Assembly (NCBI GenBank): GCA_963668585.1
Contig: OY764869.1
Location: forward strand, 201,880-265,879
Direction of reading: 5' to 3'
Origin: Dehalococcoidia bacterium
GTDB lineage: Bacteria > Chloroflexota > Dehalococcoidia > Lucifugimonadales > UBA3495
Length of the DNA: 64,000 bases
A model generated the notes under the pieces. It worked only from the letters and a program-made list of their open reading frames with translations. It did not search any database and was not told where the DNA came from. The position numbers and the translations under genes are program-made. Shown here one piece after another: positions 27,282 through 35,821 of the stretch. Each line of letters begins with the position of its first letter. The first letter of the stretch is position 1.

Positions 27282-28217
27282 ATGTACTCGAAAGTAATCG
27301 TACCGTCGGACGGATCGGACCTTTCCGAACAGGCGCTGCCTTACGCGGAGTTGATTGCCCGATCGCTGGATGTCCCAATCGAGTTAGTCCAGGCGTACGA
27401 CACCCTGCCGGCATCGCTGCTGGGAGCGGCCAATCGACAGAGCGTGGCCGGCCAACTTGATCAGCAGGCGAACCGGCGAACGCTGGCCGCGTTGGAGCCC
27501 ACGCGCGCGCGGCTGGAGTCAGCGGGCCACTCCGTCAGCGTGACCGCGCAGCGGGGCGCCGCCGCCGATGTCATCATGGCGATCGCCGGCGCAGAGCCCA
27601 CCGCGCTGGTGGTGATGTCCACCCACGGGCGCAGCGGGATTTCCCGGTGGGTGATGGGCAGCGTCACCGACAAGGTGTTGCATACAATACCCAACCCCAT
27701 GCTGATCGTGCGGGCCAACGTGTTGGGGCCAGCGTCCCCTGAGTCGTCGTTGAAGTCGGTCGTTGTGCCGCTGGATGGGTCCGCCACATCCGAACTGGCG
27801 ATACCCCATGCCATGAGTGTCGCCGGCGCGCTCTCCGCCAGCATCACCGTGCTGCGGGTCACTCCCACCGAGGCCCATTATCGGCACCAACTGAGCCTGA
27901 TCACGCCGGAGATGGGCGCGATCCCGAATTTCGAATCCGCGGAGCCAGACCAACTGGTCGGAGAGGATGCCGACGAAGCCGACGGATACCTCGCCGACGT
28001 CAGCAACCGCATGGCAATTGATCACGCCCACGGCGTGGTCACCGAACACCAACTCAACGACAACGTCGCTCAGACGATCATCGACCAGGCCAGCGCCCAA
28101 CCGTCGCTGGTCGCCATGACGACCCACGGCCGCAGCGGGGTGGGCAGGATGGTGCTGGGCAGCGTCACCGACCGGGTGGTGCGGCACTCCAACCTGCCGG
28201 TGCTGGTGATACGCTAG
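27282..28217 (+). CDS. tandem-domain universal stress protein
   Basis: Two UspA cores (MSTHGRSGISRWVMGSVTDKVL and MTTHGRSGVGRMVLGSVTDRVV). GGAGA lies 11 nt upstream of the ATG at 27282. Confidence 0.85.
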   Translation: MYSKVIVPSDGSDLSEQALPYAELIARSLDVPIELVQAYDTLPASLLGAANRQSVAGQLDQQANRRTLAALEPTRARLESAGHSVSVTAQRGAAADVIMAIAGAEPTALVVMSTHGRSGISRWVMGSVTDKVLHTIPNPMLIVRANVLGPASPESSLKSVVVPLDGSATSELAIPHAMSVAGALSASITVLRVTPTEAHYRHQLSLITPEMGAIPNFESAEPDQLVGEDADEADGYLADVSNRMAIDHAHGVVTEHQLNDNVAQTIIDQASAQPSLVAMTTHGRSGVGRMVLGSVTDRVVRHSNLPVLVIR

Positions 28218-28223
28218 CAGACG

Positions 28224-29894
28224 TCAGACGCGGTAAAACGCCCCACCGCCGGCCCACTGCGCCCGCAGGGCCCGGTCGCCGACGACGGGGTCGAACCGTA
28301 CCCACTCCGCCGTGGGTTCGCCCGGCCGCCCAACGTAGAAACGCGGCGACGGGCCGGAATCCGTCGGAGACCGAGTCAACGGTTCCTCGCCCCCGTTGGG
28401 CCAGGCCAGCCACAGCCGGCCCCGACGCAGTATCACCCTGAAGTTGGACACGTAGGGCGCGTGGCTGCGGTAGTGTCCCTGGAACGCAGCCCAGCCGGGC
28501 GGATGCTCGGCTGCGACTTCCAGCGGCGCGCTGCCCCGACGGACGTACACGTCGGGACCGTGGCGCATCTCAAGCATCTGGGCGCTTGAATCGTCGCGGT
28601 CGGCGGCGCGAAAGCGGACAGGGAACGGGTCGAAACGGTCGTCCGGCACGCAGAAGACGCCGCCGGAGATGTTCTCAAGGACAATGGGGCCGCTCCCGTT
28701 CAGCGTCAGGCGCAGCCGATCCCCGTCGGCGTGAACCGCGCAGATGGTTCCGGACACCTCGTGGACGTATTCGCCGGCGTAGCGGGATGCGTCGGGAACT
28801 CGCGAGGAGTCGGGCGTGGATGGCGGATCGGGTGGGGGTTGGTCATTGCGCGCGGCGGCGGCGACCTTCAGCGCGTAGCGGGCCGGCTCATAGGTGTCCA
28901 CGTCAAAACCGTTGCACATGATGACGACTCCGAGGCCGTCGGTCTGGTCCGTAATCATGATGGCCCTGAACCCCACCGTGCTGCCGCCGTGTCCTATGAA
29001 ATGGTGCCCCTCCGACTGGTGGGAAATGATACCGAAACCGTACCCGTAATCATGCTGGTAGTCGTCTCCCCGCGACATCGCTATGGCCGGCGTTGTCATC
29101 ATCCGGTACCAGGCGGGCGCAATGATGGCGCGGGCGCCGCACCGACCATCGTTCAGATACAGTCGCGCATAACGGGCCATATCCTCCGCCGTGCTGACGG
29201 GGCTTCCGTCGCCAACTGCGTATTCCATCCAGGTGGCTGGGATCACGGTATCGTTGCGGCGATACGGCCGGTCGTCGTGCAGCGGAACATAGCCCGTGGC
29301 CATGCGGTGGCGCGAACGGTGGGTGGTCACGGGATCGGTGGCGGTCATGCCCAGGGGTTCCAGGACTCGCTGGCGGATCGCGTCGCCGTATGCCTGGCCC
29401 GTGATGTCCTCCAACAGCCAGCCCAGCGCCTTGTAGCCGGTGTTGGAGTAGTGAAAACGCGCCCCTGGCTCCCAGGCGGCCTCGGTGTCGCGGAGCGCGA
29501 ACGCTTCGTATCGGGCGGCGGGAGTGAAGTCGGCGCCCGCCGGAAGTCCGGCAGTATGGCTCAACAGGTGGCGCAGGGCGATGGGGCCGTACCGCGACGG
29601 CATGGCGAACCAGGGCAGGTGCGTGGCGATGGGAGCGTTGAGGTCCAGGCGTCCGGTCTGGGCCAACTGGAGTAGCGCCAGCGAGGTCATGGACTTCCCG
29701 ATGCTGCCAATCTGGAACGTCGTATCGGACGTTACCGGACTTCGGGCCGACCTGTCGGCCCAGCCCAGGCCGGCGGTGTAGATGGTTCGTTGGCGGTCGG
29801 TCACCGAGACGGCAAGGCCGGCGGCCGGAACCGCCGCGAGCCATCTGCGCAGGTAGTCGGTGAGTGTGGCGAAATTAGGGTGATGAGAAAGCAT
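28224..29894 (-). CDS. serine hydrolase (beta-lactamase/transpeptidase-like family) with a C-terminal extra domain
   Basis: SIGKS (S-x-x-K) and YSNTGY motifs. I prefer the ATG at 29894. The ORF-track N-terminal 98 aa are Arg/Pro-rich and look spurious. Confidence 0.8.
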   Translation of the reverse strand: MLSHHPNFATLTDYLRRWLAAVPAAGLAVSVTDRQRTIYTAGLGWADRSARSPVTSDTTFQIGSIGKSMTSLALLQLAQTGRLDLNAPIATHLPWFAMPSRYGPIALRHLLSHTAGLPAGADFTPAARYEAFALRDTEAAWEPGARFHYSNTGYKALGWLLEDITGQAYGDAIRQRVLEPLGMTATDPVTTHRSRHRMATGYVPLHDDRPYRRNDTVIPATWMEYAVGDGSPVSTAEDMARYARLYLNDGRCGARAIIAPAWYRMMTTPAIAMSRGDDYQHDYGYGFGIISHQSEGHHFIGHGGSTVGFRAIMITDQTDGLGVVIMCNGFDVDTYEPARYALKVAAAARNDQPPPDPPSTPDSSRVPDASRYAGEYVHEVSGTICAVHADGDRLRLTLNGSGPIVLENISGGVFCVPDDRFDPFPVRFRAADRDDSSAQMLEMRHGPDVYVRRGSAPLEVAAEHPPGWAAFQGHYRSHAPYVSNFRVILRRGRLWLAWPNGGEEPLTRSPTDSGPSPRFYVGRPGEPTAEWVRFDPVVGDRALRAQWAGGGAFYRV

Positions 29895-29971
29895 GACTTG
29901 CAGGGTCCCGGTGGGTCTCCCAAACGACTGCCGCTTTTCACGACCGTGTTCAGACCCGGTTGGACGGGCAG

Positions 29972-30640
29972 TTAGCGGTGGAAGATGTGGCGGAGCAGAA
30001 AACGCAGAGCGTGGCGCAATCCCCGGTTTGGCGAGAATCGGGCGGTGATGTACACATGGCCGTTGGGCCCGCCATCGATGCCGGCGTTGCCCTGGCCCCG
30101 CAAACGGAGGCGACTGCCGTCGGCAACGCCTGCGGGTATGGTGGCGTTCAGACGCAGGGTGCGGTGAAGCCGCTGTTCTCCGCCGCATCGCCAGCAGCGT
30201 CCGGCGATGGCGATTTCCTCCGGTTCGAGGCCGGTGCCACGACAGCGGGGACAGGTTTCCATGCGCTCCACCAGGAACGACTTTCGCGCTCCCCGCCTGG
30301 AGTCTCGCGAGTTCACGATTACCGTGGCCTCGATGTCCTCGCCCTGCATCGGAACGCGCTCTCGGGGCGGCGCGGCCCCTCGCCGTGGCCCGGCCCTGGA
30401 GGAACGCTGCTGCGTGGTCGGTGAACCCGCCATGGTCCCGTTGATGTCATAGAGGCGGCGGCGCTCAGGGTCGGAGAGCGTGGCGTAGGCATCGTTGATC
30501 CGCTGCATCCGCGCTTCGGCTTCCGGCCCCGAATTGAGGTCAGGGTGGTAGAGACGCGCCAGACGCCGGTAGGCCGCGCGAATCTCTCCGGGGGTCGCAG
30601 TTCGCGGGACCCCGAGGGTACTGTAGCAATCCTGTTTCAT
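29972..30640 (-). CDS. J-domain protein with a DnaJ-type zinc finger
   Basis: YSTLGV...YHPD motif. CPRCRGTG and CWRCGG motifs. I prefer the ATG at 30640. Confidence 0.75.
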   Translation of the reverse strand: MKQDCYSTLGVPRTATPGEIRAAYRRLARLYHPDLNSGPEAEARMQRINDAYATLSDPERRRLYDINGTMAGSPTTQQRSSRAGPRRGAAPPRERVPMQGEDIEATVIVNSRDSRRGARKSFLVERMETCPRCRGTGLEPEEIAIAGRCWRCGGEQRLHRTLRLNATIPAGVADGSRLRLRGQGNAGIDGGPNGHVYITARFSPNRGLRHALRFLLRHIFHR

Positions 30641-30686
30641 TCGCGAGTTATGGACCAACCGGGCGCAAACCCGGCGCTATTGCGCT

Positions 30687-30715
30687 TTGCGTATCGTCTG
30701 TTGGCGTGATATGCT
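30687..30715 (+). promoter_or_regulatory. putative sigma-70-type promoter for tRNA-Pro
   Basis: TTGCGT, a 17-nt spacer, then TATGCT, ending 13 nt before the mature tRNA 5' end. Confidence 0.4.
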
Positions 30716-30728
30716 GAAACTGTCGGGG

Positions 30729-30805
30729 CGGGGCGTAGCGCAGCCCGGTAGCGCACCTGCATGGGGTGCAGGGGGTCGCCAGTTCGAATCTGGCCGCCCC
30801 GACCA
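30729..30805 (+). tRNA. tRNA-Pro (anticodon GGG), CCA encoded
   Basis: Hand-folded cloverleaf. Acceptor stem cggggcg/cgccccg. D arm gcgc-agcccggta-gcgc. Anticodon arm cctgc-atGGGgt-gcagg. T arm gccag-ttcgaat-ctggc. 3' end ACCA. Confidence 0.9.
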
Positions 30806-30860
30806 TTATCAACACAGCGACAATTTCAGGCAAGAGCGCCCGTGAGGGCGCTCATTTTCG

Positions 30861-31625
30861 TCACATGGCGGTGCGGCCTCCATCAATAACCACCTCGCTG
30901 CCGGTCACGAAGGATGCCTCGTCCGAAGCCAGGTACACCACGGCGTAGGCGATGTCCTCCGGACGGCCGATGCGTCCCAGCGGCACGCGCTGTCGCTGCT
31001 CGTCGTCGCTGAGGCCGCTTCCCCGATTGCGTCGCGACTCCTGGAGCATGGGCGTGTCGATGGGCCCGGGATGCACCGAGTTGCACCGTATGCCTTCCCC
31101 GGCGTGCTGAATGGCCGTGGACTTGGTGAACAGCCGCACCGCGCCCTTGGTGCTGCTGTAGCCGGCCAGGTTGTAATCGTTGCCGACCAGTCCGGCGGTG
31201 GACGAGATGTTGACGATGCTGCCCCCGCCGGCTGCCCGCAGGGCGGGCAGGGCGGTTTTGGTGCCGAGGAAAACGCCCTTGGCGTTGACGTCGAACAGGC
31301 GGTCCCACTCCTCCACGGTCATTTCTTCAATGCTGCGGCCGAGCACGATTCCCGCATTGTTCACCAGCACGTTGAGCTTGCCATATTCGGAGACGGCGGC
31401 GTTCACTGCGTCCTGCCAGTCCGACTCTCTGGTAACGTCCAGATGCACGTAGGTGGCCTGACCACCCAGTTCCCGAATCTCGGCCTCCACCCGGCGCCCT
31501 TCGTCGTCAAGCAAATCCCCGAAGACGACGCACGCCCCTTCCGACGCGAACATTCGCGCCTCCACCGCGCCCTGGCCCCGAGCGCCGCCGCTGATCAGCG
31601 CAACCTTGCCATCCAGCCTGCCCAT
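30861..31625 (-). CDS. SDR family oxidoreductase (hydroxysteroid dehydrogenase-like)
   Basis: SGGARGQG, NNAG and YSSTK motifs. The ATG at 31625 is preceded by AGGAGG. Confidence 0.85.
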   Translation of the reverse strand: MGRLDGKVALISGGARGQGAVEARMFASEGACVVFGDLLDDEGRRVEAEIRELGGQATYVHLDVTRESDWQDAVNAAVSEYGKLNVLVNNAGIVLGRSIEEMTVEEWDRLFDVNAKGVFLGTKTALPALRAAGGGSIVNISSTAGLVGNDYNLAGYSSTKGAVRLFTKSTAIQHAGEGIRCNSVHPGPIDTPMLQESRRNRGSGLSDDEQRQRVPLGRIGRPEDIAYAVVYLASDEASFVTGSEVVIDGGRTAM

Positions 31626-31675
31626 GGTTGTTACCTCCTGGTTGGTTTCACTTTCGCGCCGGAACCGCAAAGCAG

Positions 31676-32584
31676 TTAGCCGGCGACGACTTCCCTGAAT
31701 TCGCGAATCGCGTTGATGTGAGCATCCGGCGTGGCGAGCCCGGCAGACATGGTGTTGATGGAGAAGTGCGACGCGCCCATGCCGCGCCAGATTTCTCCCT
31801 GAGCCTGCCAGAACTCGGGATCGCCGTCCGTGTAGTTGACCCGTGGTTCCATTCCTATGGAATTGGGGTCGCGCCCGACGGATTCGGCAGCCTCGCGCAC
31901 CTTGGCGATGGCGGCCTCGGCCTCGGGGTTATTGGCCTGAAACTGGGGGAACCAGCCATCGGCGACGCGCCCCACGCGACTCAGCACGCGGTCGGTCGGA
32001 ATGGGGCCGCGCGCACGGCTGCCGGCGCCCATCCACAGCGGGATCGGCCGCTGCACCGGCAGGGGGTTGATGCCGGCGTTGGTGACGTTATGGTAGCGGC
32101 CATGGAAGTCCACGACTTCTTCGGTCCAAAGCCGGCGCAGCAGTTCCATTTGTTCTTCGGCGCGGCGGCCGCGGGTGGTGAAATCCTCGCCCAGCGCCTC
32201 ATATTCCACGGGGTTCCAGCCAATGCCGACGCCCAGGCGCAGGCGTCCGCCGCTCAGCACGTCAACCTCGGCGGCCTGCTTGGCGACCAGCGCGGTCTGC
32301 CGCTGGCCCAGGATGACGATGGCCGACACCAGTTCCACCGTGGTGGTCAGCGCGGCCATGTATCCGAACACCACGAAAATCTCGTGGAACAGGCTCTCCT
32401 TGGTGTAACTGCCGGTCCACGGTTGGTGGTAGTCGGTGTCAGCGCCAAGCACGTGATCGTAGGCGATGATGTGGGCGAAGCCCAACTCCTCGGCGGCCTG
32501 GACGTAATCTCGGACGGCGATGGGGTCGGACCCGATTTCGGTCTGGGGGAAAACCACGCCGATCTGCATCTGCTGGTTGGGCAT
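31676..32584 (-). CDS. LLM-class F420-dependent oxidoreductase
   Basis: AEELGFAHIIAYDHV and an LLM TIM-barrel pattern; 302 aa. Confidence 0.85.
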   Translation of the reverse strand: MPNQQMQIGVVFPQTEIGSDPIAVRDYVQAAEELGFAHIIAYDHVLGADTDYHQPWTGSYTKESLFHEIFVVFGYMAALTTTVELVSAIVILGQRQTALVAKQAAEVDVLSGGRLRLGVGIGWNPVEYEALGEDFTTRGRRAEEQMELLRRLWTEEVVDFHGRYHNVTNAGINPLPVQRPIPLWMGAGSRARGPIPTDRVLSRVGRVADGWFPQFQANNPEAEAAIAKVREAAESVGRDPNSIGMEPRVNYTDGDPEFWQAQGEIWRGMGASHFSINTMSAGLATPDAHINAIREFREVVAG

Positions 32585-32918
32585 AGCTGCGCTCCTGGAA
32601 GTGTGTGGTTCGACAGGCTCCCATCAGAGGTGGATATCCCACACCGCGAGCGGAGCATGACGAATGATAGACAGGGTGGACGGTCGGATTTTACCCCTAG
32701 CCGCAAGGCAAGGGCAAATCGGATCGTCAGGCGACAACGCCCAACCCCGCGCCGCTCGCCGCACACACCTGGCAGTCGGAGATCAAAACCACCCGCATGA
32801 TAAAATTGTCAGTAGCGGAACTTATGAGCGGCCCAGTGCAAGTCGCGCTGACGGGCGGTAGATGGAGGGCGGGTAGAGTAGAGTAGCAACTTGGCGACTG
32901 GCCGATAAGGAAACCACC

Positions 32919-33929
32919 ATGCCTGAACAATGCCCCATCTGGGGAACCGAATGCGAATGCGTAACGCAAGACGAGAACTCAATCATCGTAGCCGACTCCC
33001 CCAGAGCCGCCGGCAGTTACGAACTTGACAACGACGCCGGGGATGAACTCGTTAATTTGACCGAAGACGCAAAGGCCCGGCTTACCACCATGCTGGTCCG
33101 GCAGCGGCAACTCGGCGACGATTACCCGAGGGTCAACAAAGCAATCATCAACAGGGCTCGATCAGCCAGGATCTCTCCATTGCAAGAAAGGCTTGACGGC
33201 CTGATGCTTTTTTTGATAGGCAGATCTCCCAAAGTTGGCTGTCCCGTCAGCATTGGGCGGCCAGACCAACCCCGAGAAAATCTGGAGAATTACCAGTTTG
33301 CGCTTGCACACTCAGAATCTACGGATTTCCAAGAGATTTCATACCTCGCGGACAGTCTGCACAGTCAAGGTCTCATCACAAAAAAAGGCATTGACCTTAG
33401 AAACCAATCTGGACAACTAAGGATTGACTTCGGATTTCTATGCACGGTCACGATACGTGGCTACTCTGTAATGGAGCAACGCCGAACCGAGGTCAAGGCA
33501 GACCAGTGCTTCGTCGCCTTGTGGTTCGATCAAGAAACGGACGTCTTGTATGATAATGCCATCGCGCCGGCAGTCAGGGCGGCAGGCTACCAGCCAATAC
33601 GGATAGACCGCCAGACGAACTATCTAGGCAAGATTGATGACCAAATCGTAGCTGAAATACGACGATCAAGGTTCGTAGTTGCCGACTTCACTCATGACGA
33701 ACGCGGCGCCCGTGGTTCCGTGTACTACGAAGCCGGTTTCGCGCAAGGGCTGGATATACCTGTGATATTCACCTGCCGGGACGACCAACTCAATGAGCAG
33801 CACTTTGATACCAACCACTTCCTGCATCTTTCGTGGCCCAGAGGTCATGCGGAAGCATTGATAGAGCCGCTCAAAAACCGGATTTTGGCCAACCTCGGCG
33901 CAGGTCCGCACGCCGGCGGCGGTGAGTAA
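32919..33929 (+). CDS. composite protein: Cys-rich N-terminus, winged-helix-like middle region, and a C-terminal nucleoside 2-deoxyribosyltransferase/TIR-like domain (uncharacterised)
   Basis: AAGGAAA RBS. N-terminus CPIWGTECEC...SPRAAGSYEL. Middle region ISYLADSLHSQGLITKKG...VTIRGYSVME. C-terminus CFVALWF...IVAEIRRSRFVVADFT...GSVYYEAGFAQGLDIPVIF. Markedly lower GC than the flanks. Confidence 0.65.
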   Translation: MPEQCPIWGTECECVTQDENSIIVADSPRAAGSYELDNDAGDELVNLTEDAKARLTTMLVRQRQLGDDYPRVNKAIINRARSARISPLQERLDGLMLFLIGRSPKVGCPVSIGRPDQPRENLENYQFALAHSESTDFQEISYLADSLHSQGLITKKGIDLRNQSGQLRIDFGFLCTVTIRGYSVMEQRRTEVKADQCFVALWFDQETDVLYDNAIAPAVRAAGYQPIRIDRQTNYLGKIDDQIVAEIRRSRFVVADFTHDERGARGSVYYEAGFAQGLDIPVIFTCRDDQLNEQHFDTNHFLHLSWPRGHAEALIEPLKNRILANLGAGPHAGGGE

Positions 33930-34032
33930 GCCGGCGCGCAAACCTCACACGCCCACGATAAACAGTCGCCCTGGCGCAGCCGCAGATGAGTAGCGCATCG
34001 CCCGCCAATCCAACAGACCGAGGAGAAACGCA

Positions 34033-34389
34033 ATGGGAACCGTAGTGGTCACCATAGGTATCGGAGACCCGCAAGGGCGGAGGTTCGAAGACATCGAAGT
34101 AGTCGTGGACACTGGCTCGACCTTCACTGCGGTACCCAGAACCACGTTGCAGCGGCTGGGAGTGCCGGTAGAACGCTCCGTACAGTCCGAACTGGCGGAC
34201 GGAAGCAACACGCCGGTGGACATCGGACGAACCATGGTCAGGCTTGAAGGGCAGGAATTCCCCACGCCGGTGATCTTCGCTGAAGCGGGCGAGCCCACTT
34301 TGCTTGGAGTAGTCACGCTCGAAGAGGCGCTTCTGGCTGTGGACCCCGTGGCCGGACGCCTCATACCTACGAACGTGCTGCGCCTCTAG
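34033..34389 (+). CDS. retropepsin-like (clan AA) aspartic protease
   Basis: 118 aa with the VVDTGST active-site motif and a C-terminal LLGVVTLE flap/dimer region. Confidence 0.7.
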   Translation: MGTVVVTIGIGDPQGRRFEDIEVVVDTGSTFTAVPRTTLQRLGVPVERSVQSELADGSNTPVDIGRTMVRLEGQEFPTPVIFAEAGEPTLLGVVTLEEALLAVDPVAGRLIPTNVLRL

Positions 34390-34419
34390 GGCCCGTTCAC
34401 ACTTTGAAAACCATACGTC

Positions 34420-34509
34420 GTTCCTGCGAAAGCAGGAACCCAGAAAAGTCTCGGCCACTGTACCCTCGTCATCATTTTGTACTTTCTGGATTCCCACGGT
34501 CGCGGGAAT
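34420..34509. repeat. two REP-like hairpins in an intergenic gap
   Basis: gttcctgc-gaaa-gcaggaac at 34420-34439 and attccc-acggtcgc-gggaat at 34490-34509. A spurious antisense ORF reads them as SCFRRND and VIPATVGIQ. Confidence 0.6.
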
Positions 34510-34571
34510 AACGGAAAATGTCAGGCAAATGACGGAAGGTGTGAACCGGCCCCTGGCCCAGATGGCTGGCC

Positions 34572-34766
34572 CTACCCTGTGGCCCAGACCAGGTTCCAAA
34601 GCAGGAAGAACAGTATGATCGCCGTCCAGCCGGCGACCATGGCGATGCGGTAGAGACGCGTGAACCATGGGTGTTCCCAGAAGGGCAACCGCCGTTCTCG
34701 CGCCCATCGGGTTTCCTCGGCGCCGCCGGCCCATATCCAACTGCGGATTTTTGCAATCAGCGCCAT
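34572..34766 (-). CDS. small Trp-rich membrane protein (hypothetical)
   Basis: 64 aa with G/C-biased third codon positions and a C-terminal helix VAGWTAIILFFLLWNLVW. No Shine-Dalgarno sequence. Confidence 0.35.
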   Translation of the reverse strand: MALIAKIRSWIWAGGAEETRWARERRLPFWEHPWFTRLYRIAMVAGWTAIILFFLLWNLVWATG

Positions 34767-34777
34767 GATTCACATCA

Positions 34778-34852
34778 ATCCAACGAGCAACGCCCCAACG
34801 AGCAACGATCCAACAAGCATCGATCCAACAGGCATCGATCCAACAGGCAACG
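34778..34852. repeat. five tandem 15-bp repeats
   Basis: The five units are atccaacgagcaacg, ccccaacgagcaacg, atccaacaagcatcg, atccaacaggcatcg and atccaacaggcaacg. Confidence 0.9.
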
Positions 34853-34886
34853 CCGCGTCATGCCTGCGGTTGCACTCTGGGCCCCA

Positions 34887-35645
34887 CTACAGAATCTGGG
34901 ACAGGAAGTGCTTGACCCGCTCGTGGCGGGGGTTGTTGAAGAACTCGTCGGGCGCCTGGTCCTCCACGATTATCCCTTCGTCAAACATCACGATGCGGTC
35001 GGCGACCTCGCGAGCGAAGCCAAGCTCGTGAGTCACGGCCAGGATGGTCATATTCGATGCGGCCAGTTCTCGCATCACCTCAAGCACCTCTTTAATCATC
35101 TCAGGGTCGAGGGCCGACGTGGGCTCGTCGAACAGCATGATGTTCGGCTGCATCGCCAGGGCGCGGGCGATGGCGACGCGCTGCTGCTGACCGCCGGAAA
35201 GCTGCGCGGGAAACTTGTCGGCCTGTTCGGGGATGCCAACCCGCTCCAGCAACTCCATCGCGATGGTGTGCGCCTCTCCCGCCGGCAGCTTGCGCACCTT
35301 GATGGGCGCCAATGTGATGTTGCTCAGCACCGAGAGGTGCGGGAAAAGGTTGAAGGACTGGAAGACCATCCCGACGTCGCGCCGGATGGCGTCAATGTTG
35401 CGCACATCGTTGGACAACTCGATCCCATCCACGGTGATGTCGCCCCGCTGGTGCTGTTCCAGGCGGTTGAGAGTGCGGATGAAGGTGGACTTGCCGGAAC
35501 CCGAAGGACCGATGATGACGACAACCTCACCCTTCTTGATGGTCGTGGTGATGCCGCGCAGGGCATGGAAGTTGCCAAACCACTTGTGAACGTCGCGGCA
35601 GACAATGATGTCCTCGTCGGTGACAGTGTGTCCGTTGGTGGTCAT
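34887..35645 (-). CDS. amino acid ABC transporter ATP-binding protein (GlnQ/AapP-like)
   Basis: Walker A GPSGSGKST, signature LSGGQQQRVAIARAL, Walker B MLFDEPTSALD. Confidence 0.9.
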   Translation of the reverse strand: MTTNGHTVTDEDIIVCRDVHKWFGNFHALRGITTTIKKGEVVVIIGPSGSGKSTFIRTLNRLEQHQRGDITVDGIELSNDVRNIDAIRRDVGMVFQSFNLFPHLSVLSNITLAPIKVRKLPAGEAHTIAMELLERVGIPEQADKFPAQLSGGQQQRVAIARALAMQPNIMLFDEPTSALDPEMIKEVLEVMRELAASNMTILAVTHELGFAREVADRIVMFDEGIIVEDQAPDEFFNNPRHERVKHFLSQIL

Positions 35646-35821
35646 GTTGGGCTCTCCGATCAGGTGGCGAGAGGGCTATTGTCGGGTTTGATGATATCGG
35701 CAACGAGTCCGGCAGCGCATCCAGGCAGGTGTGATACGGCGGGGCAAACGCCCAGGCTGCAACGGCTTTGTTGATCCTCACCACCGCACCCGTGGCGGTA
35801 TTTTAGCAGACGCGCCCGTGA

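Noticed and set aside
29895-30188. N-terminal 98-aa extension of the serine hydrolase ORF
   Set aside because: The extension is Arg/Pro-rich and overlaps the J-domain gene region. The family-typical N-terminus starts at the ATG at 29894.
30729-34560. tRNA-Pro as the integration site for the low-GC islet
   Set aside because: Two normal-GC metabolic genes separate the tRNA from the islet. I found no direct repeat of the tRNA 3' end (ttcgaatctggccgccccg) near 32.6-34.6 kb, and there is no integrase.
33871-34773. 300-aa minus-strand ORF spanning the retropepsin-like gene and the REP hairpins
   Set aside because: It is antisense to a gene with a DTG active site. It also reads through repeat elements, giving the artefact peptides VIPATVGIQ and SCFRRND.
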